IMG/VR virus record: IMGVR_UViG_3300020192_000279
Coordinates: 43,016-107,015 of that record
Strand: one strand, 5' to 3'
DNA from: a virus
Taxonomy: Duplodnaviria > Caudoviricetes
Length of the DNA stretch: 64,000 bases
How positions within the stretch are numbered: position 1 is the first letter of the stretch; each line of letters opens with the position of its first letter. The translations under genes were made by a program, and so were the position numbers. Below, one piece after another: positions 48,481 through 56,194 of this stretch. The notes below the pieces were generated by a model that was given only the letters and a program-made list of their open reading frames with translations, was not told the DNA's origin and did not search any database.

Positions 48481-48554
48481 TGGTAGGCAATGAGGGAATT
48501 GAACCCCCGACTTCTGGATGTAAACCAGACGTTTTACCACTAGACTAATCGCCC
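48481..48554 (-). tRNA. tRNA-Val(TAC)
   Basis: Cloverleaf, CCA. Confidence 0.93.
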
Positions 48555-48562
48555 GTGCTAAG

Positions 48563-48889
48563 TCAATCCCAAAGATGGAAAAAGTACTCTCGGAAAAGAT
48601 CAAGGCCAGTTTTAACCTCAGCCTGCTCTTCCTCAGTCAGCATGTACATTGCACCCTCTGAATCGACAATCAGCTTGAATGCCCTATGCATCTTTTCAAG
48701 CATGACAAGCCACGCTTCGTTACCGCCATCCAACCCCATTGGAAAGCCATGATTATAAGTGTCAATAAAAGCTCGCAGACGAGGCTCGATGAATGCAGCG
48801 ACTGTAGTATTAAGAGACCACAATTCGCTATCGTCAAATCCGCGAGTAAGACGTTGCCACAAGAAGTGTATCTTGCGAGATAATTTCAT
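48563..48889 (-). CDS. Conserved phage hypothetical protein
   Basis: WQR..RGFDD.E.WSL...PRL..F...W...L..M..AF..GL.LF..Y...LWD. Confidence 0.7.
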   Translation of the reverse strand: MKLSRKIHFLWQRLTRGFDDSELWSLNTTVAAFIEPRLRAFIDTYNHGFPMGLDGGNEAWLVMLEKMHRAFKLIVDSEGAMYMLTEEEQAEVKTGLDLFREYFFHLWD

Positions 48890-48907
48890 ATTAATCCTAA
48901 AGTGTAT

Positions 48908-48984
48908 TGGAGCCATCGGTGGGCCACGATCCCACAACCTATCGCTTACAAAGCGATTGCACCGCCCACTTGTGCTACGATGGC
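48908..48984 (-). tRNA. tRNA-Thr(TGT)
   Basis: Cloverleaf, T loop ATCGTGG, CCA. Confidence 0.9.
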
Positions 48985-49025
48985 ATTTTCTTTTTACGAA
49001 TGCGTTTAGCATTCTTATATGATGT

Positions 49026-49078
49026 TGGTAGACCGTGACGGTGATGCTCTATCATACACCCTCTTACGAGGGTGTGGG
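49026..49078 (-). pseudogene. 3' half of a tRNA-like gene with closed anticodon hairpin
   Basis: ACACCCTC-GTAA-GAGGGTGT, T-like arm, ACCA; 5' half missing. Confidence 0.45.
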
Positions 49079-49110
49079 CTTGAAAAAGAAGAATTACATT
49101 TTCAAGTGTA

Positions 49111-49174
49111 TGGTGCCTCCCCGACGACCTTCTGCTCTTCACGCAGACGCTACTACTAACTGAGCTACAGAAGC
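49111..49174 (-). pseudogene. tRNA-Phe(GAA) lacking T loop and 3' T strand
   Basis: TCTGC-GTGAAGA-GCAGA then AGGTCGTCGG-GGAGGC-ACCA. Confidence 0.7.
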
Positions 49175-49190
49175 AAAAGCATGCTTGTAT

Positions 49191-49268
49191 TGGTGGGGAA
49201 GGCAGGACTCGAACCTGCGACCTTAAGGGTATACACCCTTGTTGCTCTCCCAACTGAGCTACTTCCCC
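49191..49268 (-). ncRNA. tRNA-like RNA with collapsed anticodon loop
   Basis: Perfect acceptor, D and T arms, CCA; AAGGGT-GTAT-ACCCTT. Confidence 0.8.
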
Positions 49269-49291
49269 ATAGTGGAGTTAATGTACTTTGA

Positions 49292-49368
49292 TGGTGGACC
49301 GGGGGAGTGACGATCTCCCGACTTTCGGATGCAAACCGAATGTTTTACCAACTTAGAACTACCAGCCC
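49292..49368 (-). tRNA. tRNA-Ala(TGC)
   Basis: G3:U70, CCA. Confidence 0.93.
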
Positions 49369-49377
49369 ATCATTTGG

Positions 49378-49483
49378 CTTGAAAGTGCTTATGTAGGATT
49401 CGAACCCACATCATCCCGAAAGGGGGATTCCGCTATGCGTTTTTGTGCAAGCTCTACCAGTTGAGCTAATAAACGCTTTCAAG
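49378..49483 (-). ncRNA. tRNA-like element with extended acceptor, aberrant anticodon region, no CCA
   Basis: Canonical D (TAGCTCAACTGGTAGAGC) and T (GTGGGTTCGAATCCTAC) arms. Confidence 0.65.
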
Positions 49484-49488
49484 TATAT

Positions 49489-49565
49489 TGGAGTCTCTTG
49501 AGGGATTCGAACCCTCACTGTCAGCTTGGAAGGCTGTCGTGCTAGCCGTTAAACACCAAAGAGAC
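49489..49565 (-). tRNA. tRNA-Gly(TCC)
   Basis: Cloverleaf, U73, CCA. Confidence 0.9.
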
Positions 49566-49878
49566 GCATATCTTTACTATGTTTTTCAAGAGCATTTTCT
49601 AATTCCATAATGATCTTGCCATAGACAAGCTCTAAATGGTCAGGGACATTGTGACGATGATTCGAACCACGCTTTTCGTGGTACAGGTTCAATACAGCGG
49701 TGATCCGCAGAGCATTGTCACGCACCTTACGGGCCGCAACCCATGATCGCTTCACGTTGTCAGGCGTTTTAGCGTGATCTAACCAGTAAGAACTGTGACC
49801 AACTTTATAAGGCCCAGTCCTGCGTTCTTTTTTGAGGGCCTTTTGCCTCTTAGCCATTTGCTTAATTAGGTTCTTCAA
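49549..49878 (-). CDS. Basic hypothetical protein
   Basis: 109-aa ORF; start uncertain. Confidence 0.5.
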   Translation of the reverse strand: MKNLIKQMAKRQKALKKERRTGPYKVGHSSYWLDHAKTPDNVKRSWVAARKVRDNALRITAVLNLYHEKRGSNHRHNVPDHLELVYGKIIMELENALEKHSKDMRLFGV

Positions 49879-49952
49879 TGCGATCTACGTATTCATAGCG
49901 GTTCACTCCGTTTATTGTTGAGCTTGAAAAGCCAAGTGCATTTCAAGTGTAT

Positions 49953-50028
49953 TGGTGCGGGTAGTGGGACTCGAACCCACGCACTGACCGTTTAGAGCGG
50001 TCTGATCTACCAACTGAACTATACCCGC
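49953..50028 (-). tRNA. Amber suppressor tRNA (CTA anticodon)
   Basis: GACCG-CTCTAAA-CGGTC in a canonical cloverleaf with CCA. Confidence 0.9.
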
Positions 50029-50038
50029 AAAATTGGAA

Positions 50039-50296
50039 TCACACAGGTTTCCAAGTCTTAGTTATTGTCTCTACTTGCTTTACTTCTTCGCATTCAAGAG
50101 AATACTCAAAGTCATAACCATCAAAATAAGTACGGCTGACCACCAGTTCGTAATAAGGCCCGTCCCCTTCTCTAAATATAACACCAAGGACAGACCATTT
50201 CCCTTGGTCTTCCCACTCTCCGGTTTCTATAACCGTATACTTATCCGATTCGTCGGTGAAGATTTCAGCCGCTTCTGATTGTGTTAATTGTATCAT
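50039..50296 (-). CDS. Acidic hypothetical phage protein
   Basis: W...GKW....IF...EV..VE.....W. Confidence 0.6.
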   Translation of the reverse strand: MIQLTQSEAAEIFTDESDKYTVIETGEWEDQGKWSVLGVIFREGDGPYYELVVSRTYFDGYDFEYSLECEEVKQVETITKTWKPV

Positions 50297-50327
50297 AGTT
50301 TCCTGTGGTAAATCAATGCTTGAAAGA

Positions 50328-50417
50328 TGGTGGATCAGGAGGGACTCGAACCCCCGGTGTTAACTCAAAAGAGAAGTGGTCTACAGCCACTTGCCATCGC
50401 CTCTCGGCCACCGATCC
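50328..50417 (-). tRNA. tRNA-Tyr(GTA)
   Basis: Cloverleaf, long V arm, CCA. Confidence 0.92.
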
Positions 50418-50428
50418 ACACTTTGTAC

Positions 50429-50503
50429 TGGCCTCCTCGGTGAGTGTTTCACTCACGTATTAGCCGGGATACGGCTAACATCCTAGCCTAGATGACAAGG
50501 AGG
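50429..50503 (-). ncRNA. tRNA-like RNA (Glu/Asp-like body) with collapsed anticodon
   Basis: TTAGCCG-TATCC-CGGCTAA; G73-CCA. Confidence 0.7.
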
Positions 50504-50504
50504 T

Positions 50505-50700
50505 AATGTGGTTTTTGCCGATTTCTTCACCACAAGTCTTTTATAGCATCGGCTCTACTCCCAATCATTATAATGCCGTACGTCAGATTGGGAGTTGAGT
50601 ACGAGCATATTCTAACCGACACGGGACCAGTCTAAATGGTGCTGCGTGTCGTTGCTTTCTATCCGAATTGTCAAGGTGCCTTTCAGGTACTGAGGCTTGA
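50505..50700 (-). ncRNA. Structured pseudoknotted non-coding segment
   Basis: GCCGAT/ATCGGC and TGTGGT/ACCACA pseudoknot plus two long stems. Confidence 0.55.
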
Positions 50701-50707
50701 AAGTGTA

Positions 50708-50909
50708 TGGTGGAGTCGCGTTGCACGACCCCCGAGGCTATCACCCGGTCCTTTGGAGAACAATAAATTTTAAGTTTACCCATTTTGTGCGGCTTTGTTC
50801 AACCCCGCACTACTCTGACTGCCTGGAAATAAAGAGAGACGGCAGCAGTCGATTAGTTGTTGGCCTTTGAAAAGGCATGAGTCGCTTATCAAAGCGATCA
50901 CCAACTTCA
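50708..50909 (-). ncRNA. About 200-nt RNA ending in a G3:U70 microhelix with ACCA
   Basis: Promoter TTGACT-N17-TATAAT at 50944-50916; GGGGTCG-TGCAACG-CGACTCC-ACCA. Confidence 0.6.
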
Positions 50910-50924
50910 CACTCTATTATACAC

Positions 50925-51401
50925 TCAATCTCCTATGGAGTCAACAAAAATCTGCAAAATCTCGATTGCTTGCGAAACGTGCTCGTCCGTCAGGCCCGTT
51001 TTCATGCTTGTTTGCACGAAAAATGGAAGTTGTTCGGGTAGCATGTCAGAATCGTCATCGAAAATCACGAATTGCGGATCTTGAAGTCCGCAGACATCAA
51101 GCCATCGTTTGATTTCGTCTCCACGCATCGGGCCTAGCGTATCCGTTTTCGAGTCAACGCGGAGCCCAAATTTTCCAAGACGCTCCTGCAAAATTGCAAC
51201 GGAACGTGGCGAATGTCGCCAGGAAGACGACAGAACGATTGTGTGCGTGTAAGAGCGGGCCAGCCTAGCAAATCTCTCAACGCATTTATCGTCTAATGCA
51301 CCAATGCAGGTGCCTTTCGCGGATGCCGCACGAACAGCATCAAAGTTATTCAGAACGCCGTCAACGTCTAGAAAAAAAACAATCATGTTTTGGTATGCCA
51401 C
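50925..51401 (-). CDS. HAD domain protein (Swiss Army Knife RNA-repair type)
   Basis: FLDVDGVLN, IVLSSSWR, RG.EI..WL, FVI.DD..DM, GLT. Confidence 0.88.
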   Translation of the reverse strand: MAYQNMIVFFLDVDGVLNNFDAVRAASAKGTCIGALDDKCVERFARLARSYTHTIVLSSSWRHSPRSVAILQERLGKFGLRVDSKTDTLGPMRGDEIKRWLDVCGLQDPQFVIFDDDSDMLPEQLPFFVQTSMKTGLTDEHVSQAIEILQIFVDSIGD

Positions 51402-51916
51402 CGCTCGCCAACGACGACAGAGAGATCGTCACCGCCGCGATCGTTTTTGTGTTTCTCTCTAATGAATGTCATCCACTTAAAGCCTAATGGTGCAGCGTCC
51501 AAGTCAAAGAAAATCGTGTGCTGTCGTTTCGAGCCCTTGAAAAAGACAAGTTCCCATATTGGGAATTCCATCATATCGTCGGGTTTAGGTTTCACGCCAT
51601 TCAGCGTCATGGTCTGTTGCTCGAACATGCGTCGAACAGCCGACATGCTATTGTCTACGCCGGTCGTTTGCTCTAACGCGGGAAAGCAGTCGCGACTCTC
51701 AATGGCCCACACCAACACAGAATCGGGATCAATCTTCTTGACGATCCTTTCTTTCTTTTCAAGCGTCCCGTCGCGAATAGCGACGGCAATAGCTAGAGCC
51801 TCTTCCTTAGTCTTCGCGGCCTTAACGGCCTTGAAGACTTTAGAAAACAGTGGGCCTGGGGTTATACCCAGGCCCACGAGGTCGTTCTTGTTGAGCATAG
51901 TACCGAAGCGTATCAC
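51383..51916 (-). CDS. Hypothetical protein with CCA-tail-like and S4-like segments
   Basis: DL..LG..PGP; S.S..RR...Q....LNG. Confidence 0.45.
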   Translation of the reverse strand: MIRFGTMLNKNDLVGLGITPGPLFSKVFKAVKAAKTKEEALAIAVAIRDGTLEKKERIVKKIDPDSVLVWAIESRDCFPALEQTTGVDNSMSAVRRMFEQQTMTLNGVKPKPDDMMEFPIWELVFFKGSKRQHTIFFDLDAAPLGFKWMTFIREKHKNDRGGDDLSVVVGERWHTKT

Positions 51917-51946
51917 ACTCGGGTGACAGGTCAGCTACAATCCCAG

Positions 51947-52129
51947 TTATTCATCCGTCCATTGGCTCAACGTGGCGTTTTCTTTCTCTTCTAAGTCTAG
52001 CAACTTGTCTTGAGCGTCTTGAAGATCAGCAAGTTCTTTGTGAGCGAGTTCGAGAATAGCGTGCCAGTCGCCGTCGAGACCTTCGGCGGCGAACTGGTCA
52101 AGTACCCTTCTAAGGTTCTGGTTCATCAT
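51947..52129 (-). CDS. Small coiled-coil protein
   Basis: Follows rIIB. Confidence 0.45.
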   Translation of the reverse strand: MMNQNLRRVLDQFAAEGLDGDWHAILELAHKELADLQDAQDKLLDLEEKENATLSQWTDE

Positions 52130-52131
52130 TT

Positions 52132-53037
52132 CTAGTATCCCCGATAGGGAGAACTACGATCAGGACGGCGACACGACGCTTCATGCTTCTTGCCGCCCTT
52201 CGCACCGCAGTGCGAGCAAGGACTACGCTTGACAGTTCGCTTCACCGTCGTGGTCACTTCGACAACAGCTTCCTCCTCATATGCCGGAGCCTGCTCCGGC
52301 ATAGGATACATCGGACTCTCGATCTGCCCATCAGCCTCGGCGAGCACTTCGTAACGACACACACGCAGCTTGGAACAGTTGTGGTCCTTAGGCACCGCGA
52401 TGCAGTCGGCTGGATTCACTTTCACGAGCACAGTGCGAGCGGCAAAGTCGCGAGCGTACTCCAACGTACCGACGTGGTAGCCGTGGCTACATTCGTTGCG
52501 ACGATCAGGATCGACCTTCTCACGAGACATTTCAATGACGTTGCCAATTGCATTGTTAACCGTACCAGAGTGCTGATCGAACCAGTCGTCACGCACGCCC
52601 TTGTAGCCGACGAAGCAACCATCTTCCGTGATCGGAAACTGACTACGGCCATTGTTGGTGTTTTCCAGAAAGTCGTAGAGTTCCGCGACGGCCATCGGCA
52701 TCGGGTTGGCCATCAGGTTTTCAAGGAATCGAATCAGCGGATCAGTCGGCAGTCCTTCTCGAATGAAGTCGAGAATGCGTTCCGTCACCGTATTGTGAAT
52801 CGGCAGATCGCCGTAGAACACTTGGCCATGCTTGACCGTGACGGGGCTATTTCTCATGGTCGCCGTAATGGTCGCCGGAATGTCGATGAGAGATTCCAGA
52901 TCGTCGTATCGCTTTGCCTTAATCGCTTCCACGATTAAGACGTAGTTTGGATGACTCTTCCCGACCGAGAAGGTCTTGGTATCGAGAATCAGGGTGATGT
53001 TGCCATCGCCCGTAACGAGACTTGCAAAGTTTTTCAT
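52132..53037 (-). CDS. rIIB: rIIB-like protein
   Basis: HPNY, FLENL..NP, ELY.FL, IT.DG.F..YK.V, CS.G.HVG..YA, P.D....K.RVC.Y.V. Confidence 0.9.
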   Translation of the reverse strand: MKNFASLVTGDGNITLILDTKTFSVGKSHPNYVLIVEAIKAKRYDDLESLIDIPATITATMRNSPVTVKHGQVFYGDLPIHNTVTERILDFIREGLPTDPLIRFLENLMANPMPMAVAELYDFLENTNNGRSQFPITEDGCFVGYKGVRDDWFDQHSGTVNNAIGNVIEMSREKVDPDRRNECSHGYHVGTLEYARDFAARTVLVKVNPADCIAVPKDHNCSKLRVCRYEVLAEADGQIESPMYPMPEQAPAYEEEAVVEVTTTVKRTVKRSPCSHCGAKGGKKHEASCRRPDRSSPYRGY

Positions 53038-53040
53038 AGT

Positions 53041-54984
53041 TCAGACGGCCTCAATCAATTTGATGTACTGGATCACTGGTTCCATAGTAATATTACCTCG
53101 GTACCAGTCGATGCCACCCAAAATCGGGTATTTTTCGAAGAATTCTTTCTGATAACGAGGAGCGGTCGGCATCTTGATGTCAAAAATCCGACACAAGCGG
53201 CTGTAAACGCTCATGTTACTGACATTCGCCTCGTAAACCTTAATCAGGTTGTCACACTCTGTCGAGAGTCCAGCAATTTTCTCAATGAGAAACTTATCGC
53301 TAACGTCATCCCGATCATTTTGAAATCTCGACAGAGCAAACATATCAAGATTAGCCAAAAGCTTTTCGGTCATGTCCTTGGCGACAGCGGACAATTCGAT
53401 GATACCGTGCTTGACACGAAGAGAGTCGTATCGCTTGACAGAGATTCCGTAAATTCGCTCGAAGCCGAGCGTGTTCGCGATGATATGAACGTCCTTCGGA
53501 GCGACCCTTTGGCCGTTCCAGATGGCCCAATTACCATCACGCGGCACACAGCAGGCGTCCTTAGCGTCAACGTCGGTAGCCGCGTGAATGCTATTCCACT
53601 CAAAGTTGGGATTACTGCGATTGTCGTGATTGAGAAGCTTGATCGGCATGCTACGCACTGTCGTACGTACGGTTCGAGCCTTACGCGGCACATCCGGCAA
53701 CAGACTCAGCTTGGTCGTCAAGTCGCCAAACAATTCAGTCACGCGAGCGGCGTCCTTAATCTTCACAAGATAGAACCGACTATTGGTATGCGTTTGCATG
53801 TATTGACGAAGGCGACTCTTCATGTTATGCGTCATGTCCGCATCATCTTCAATGAAGATCATTTGATCAATATGTTCGGCAGCACGGAAGTCACCGTGCG
53901 TGCTATTTATGAAGAGTTTTTTGTCACGACGAAGAGAGCAGAATTGCATTGAGTACTTATCCTTCTCTTCTTGTTCGATTGCATCGGTTCCATGAAGCGA
54001 AAGTTCGCTCACCAAGTTACGGTACTTAGCTAGAGCCCGCAGCTTTTTAAGGACCGCCCCTTCGTTCGCGACACGACTTTCAAATTCGGCCCGCACCACA
54101 ATAGCAGCCTCCATAATAGCAGTGGTCACGTTCGCAACCGTCTTGTCGTCGTAATGAACCTCTTCGCGACTAGCGGCAATAGAGACCGCACCCATCGGCA
54201 AGTTCAAGATAATAATGGCATTGTGGCCAAACGGGCAGGCAAAATCGCGATCAGAGACGGCGTAGCAAACCTGACCCATCATGACGTTAAGACGCGATGA
54301 AACAGGTGCTTTATGACTTATGTACAACGAGAATTCACTCGTTTCAAATTCCGGCTTCTCGCTATCGAAGTTGAGTTGGGCACCGACAATGTTCGGACGC
54401 ACCTTGAAAAAGGTGTAGACACGTTGAGCGGCCTTGACGAAAACCTGAGCGTCGCCCGGCTTCGTGTTGATGCGGACCTCCAAGCCGTTCGGCTCGTCCG
54501 TATCGACCGTGTTCAAAAGAGCGAGCGTCGGAATCGACGACTCATTCTTGAAGGCTGAGTACGTGTACTTCTGTTTATCCCAAACAGATATGATCGTGAA
54601 TTGGTCCGTGTACGCAAAGGGGGACTTGCTGCCGATACCTAGACAGCCAGTAAAGTCATTGCTATTCGTGCGAGTACTTTTGCCGTATTTCTTGTATACG
54701 GTTTCGATTTGAGTAGGCGACAAGCCCGTACCGTAGTCACGGATCGACAACCAAGGCTCTAGTGAATTTGGAAGATGAACATCGAACGGCTGATCGGCAC
54801 AGCCAGCATCCGTATGAGAGTCGGATGCATTCGTGGACAATTCACGAACGATAGCCAGCGGCACGTCAGTGTAAATCTTCTTTGAAAGCAAGCTAAACAT
54901 TTCCGCGTTTGCTTCAAAGGAGTACGTGCCTTCCTGGAAGGAGCCAGAGCGTTCGACTTCGAGAGTTGTTTCAGTGAGCTTCAT
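53041..54984 (-). CDS. rIIA: rIIA-like GHKL ATPase
   Basis: IY.D...AIVREL.TNA.D.H, IRDYG.GL, STR, G..G.GSKSPFAY. Confidence 0.9.
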   Translation of the reverse strand: MKLTETTLEVERSGSFQEGTYSFEANAEMFSLLSKKIYTDVPLAIVRELSTNASDSHTDAGCADQPFDVHLPNSLEPWLSIRDYGTGLSPTQIETVYKKYGKSTRTNSNDFTGCLGIGSKSPFAYTDQFTIISVWDKQKYTYSAFKNESSIPTLALLNTVDTDEPNGLEVRINTKPGDAQVFVKAAQRVYTFFKVRPNIVGAQLNFDSEKPEFETSEFSLYISHKAPVSSRLNVMMGQVCYAVSDRDFACPFGHNAIIILNLPMGAVSIAASREEVHYDDKTVANVTTAIMEAAIVVRAEFESRVANEGAVLKKLRALAKYRNLVSELSLHGTDAIEQEEKDKYSMQFCSLRRDKKLFINSTHGDFRAAEHIDQMIFIEDDADMTHNMKSRLRQYMQTHTNSRFYLVKIKDAARVTELFGDLTTKLSLLPDVPRKARTVRTTVRSMPIKLLNHDNRSNPNFEWNSIHAATDVDAKDACCVPRDGNWAIWNGQRVAPKDVHIIANTLGFERIYGISVKRYDSLRVKHGIIELSAVAKDMTEKLLANLDMFALSRFQNDRDDVSDKFLIEKIAGLSTECDNLIKVYEANVSNMSVYSRLCRIFDIKMPTAPRYQKEFFEKYPILGGIDWYRGNITMEPVIQYIKLIEAV

Positions 54985-54993
54985 GTCAGTATC

Positions 54994-55290
54994 TTACCCC
55001 TTAGAGTCTAGCTTGTCAAGTGGAAATTTTGACCCATAGATCAAAAGCAGTCGCAGAAATTCTTGGTACTCGTCACATTGAGTCTGTTCTTTGCTACGCA
55101 GAAGAATAGTTTCAATTGCCGTCGCTCCTGCCATTAGCAAGGTCTCGAAACATTCATGCCCTTTGTCAAAGGCAATGTATTCGTTTTGCCGATCTCCAAC
55201 CACAAAACAAATACGTCTGCAATTGTCCAAAGCTCCCCGATACACGATAATTTCTCTATCCATTAATGGTCTCGCGTTCTTTTCTAGCAA
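54994..55290 (-). CDS. Hypothetical protein
   Basis: Coupled ORF. Confidence 0.45.
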   Translation of the reverse strand: MLEKNARPLMDREIIVYRGALDNCRRICFVVGDRQNEYIAFDKGHECFETLLMAGATAIETILLRSKEQTQCDEYQEFLRLLLIYGSKFPLDKLDSKG

Positions 55291-56015
55291 TACAGCAACT
55301 CAAGCGACTCGCCATTCCATAGAATAGCCTGATGCTGTTCGATACACGGAGCACACGCCCACGTTGTACCTTCGGTTTCACCAGCTTGATACGTGTGATG
55401 ATGTCCAAACACCCAGTGCCTGGGCTTAAACTGCCCTCGAATAGCGTTCAGAGCTTGCTTATCCGATCGCCCAAATTCCTTTTTGTACGAACCATAAGGA
55501 AAGTCGAATGGAAACTCGTGCGAGATCACAAGGTCGATTGTCTGCTGATAATCCAACGCCTCCATGACTTGACGATAGGTGATTGACTCTTGAGGCCACC
55601 ACGACTTACCTTGGATCCGATGATCCTTGTCGATGGATGAAGCACCGCCGAAAAACATCACGGTGTAGTCTGTCAGTCGCAGGACTGATCCACGCGGCTG
55701 ATAGATCATGCCTGACTGAAACGCCCCTTGATCTTTTTCAAGCTGATCGTGATTCTCATGATTACCATCAATCCAATAGAATGGCAGTGCTTCTGCCTTA
55801 GCAATCGTGGACGGATCCATATACGCTTTGTGAAACGTAAAGGGTTTACAGAATCCAGTGCCATTAGCCTGAATGTCGCTACCCGGCCACGCATAGCCAA
55901 AATCTCCCACTTGAATCATATGGGTAATATCAGGGTGCTGCTTGAGAGCACGAGCAATCGTGATGTTGAGATCGCTCCACATTCCGTGGACATCCCCCAA
56001 GATTAAGACCTTCAT
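55284..56015 (-). CDS. Metallophosphoesterase
   Basis: GDVHG, GDFG, GNHE, GGA.SID, SH, GHHH. Confidence 0.92.
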   Translation of the reverse strand: MKVLILGDVHGMWSDLNITIARALKQHPDITHMIQVGDFGYAWPGSDIQANGTGFCKPFTFHKAYMDPSTIAKAEALPFYWIDGNHENHDQLEKDQGAFQSGMIYQPRGSVLRLTDYTVMFFGGASSIDKDHRIQGKSWWPQESITYRQVMEALDYQQTIDLVISHEFPFDFPYGSYKKEFGRSDKQALNAIRGQFKPRHWVFGHHHTYQAGETEGTTWACAPCIEQHQAILWNGESLELLYC

Positions 56016-56194
56016 GATGTCAAGTCTTCTTCGTTTTCAAGCTCAGATTCCTGCCCAGAGAACGCCCAGTACAGAAACAATGTAAATGGAATGATAGGCC
56101 ATATCAGTGACACGAAACCTCGCACCCAGCTATTGTCAGTGTCAGCACGATCCCAGGCGAGAGGTATACCGAGCACGTAGAGGATCCAAAACAT
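56012..56194 (-). CDS. Small membrane protein
   Basis: Two hydrophobic segments. Confidence 0.5.
   Translation of the reverse strand: MFWILYVLGIPLAWDRADTDNSWVRGFVSLIWPIIPFTLFLYWAFSGQESELENEEDLTS

Noticed and set aside
50505-50909. Canonical tmRNA or RNase P RNA
   Set aside because: No tag ORF or matching 5' domain and no GAGGAAAGUCC motif; kept as an unclassified RNA
52183-53952. Long + strand ORFs antisense to rIIA/rIIB (and 61719-62537 antisense to the DUF932 gene)
   Set aside because: Shadow ORFs of genes with strong codon bias
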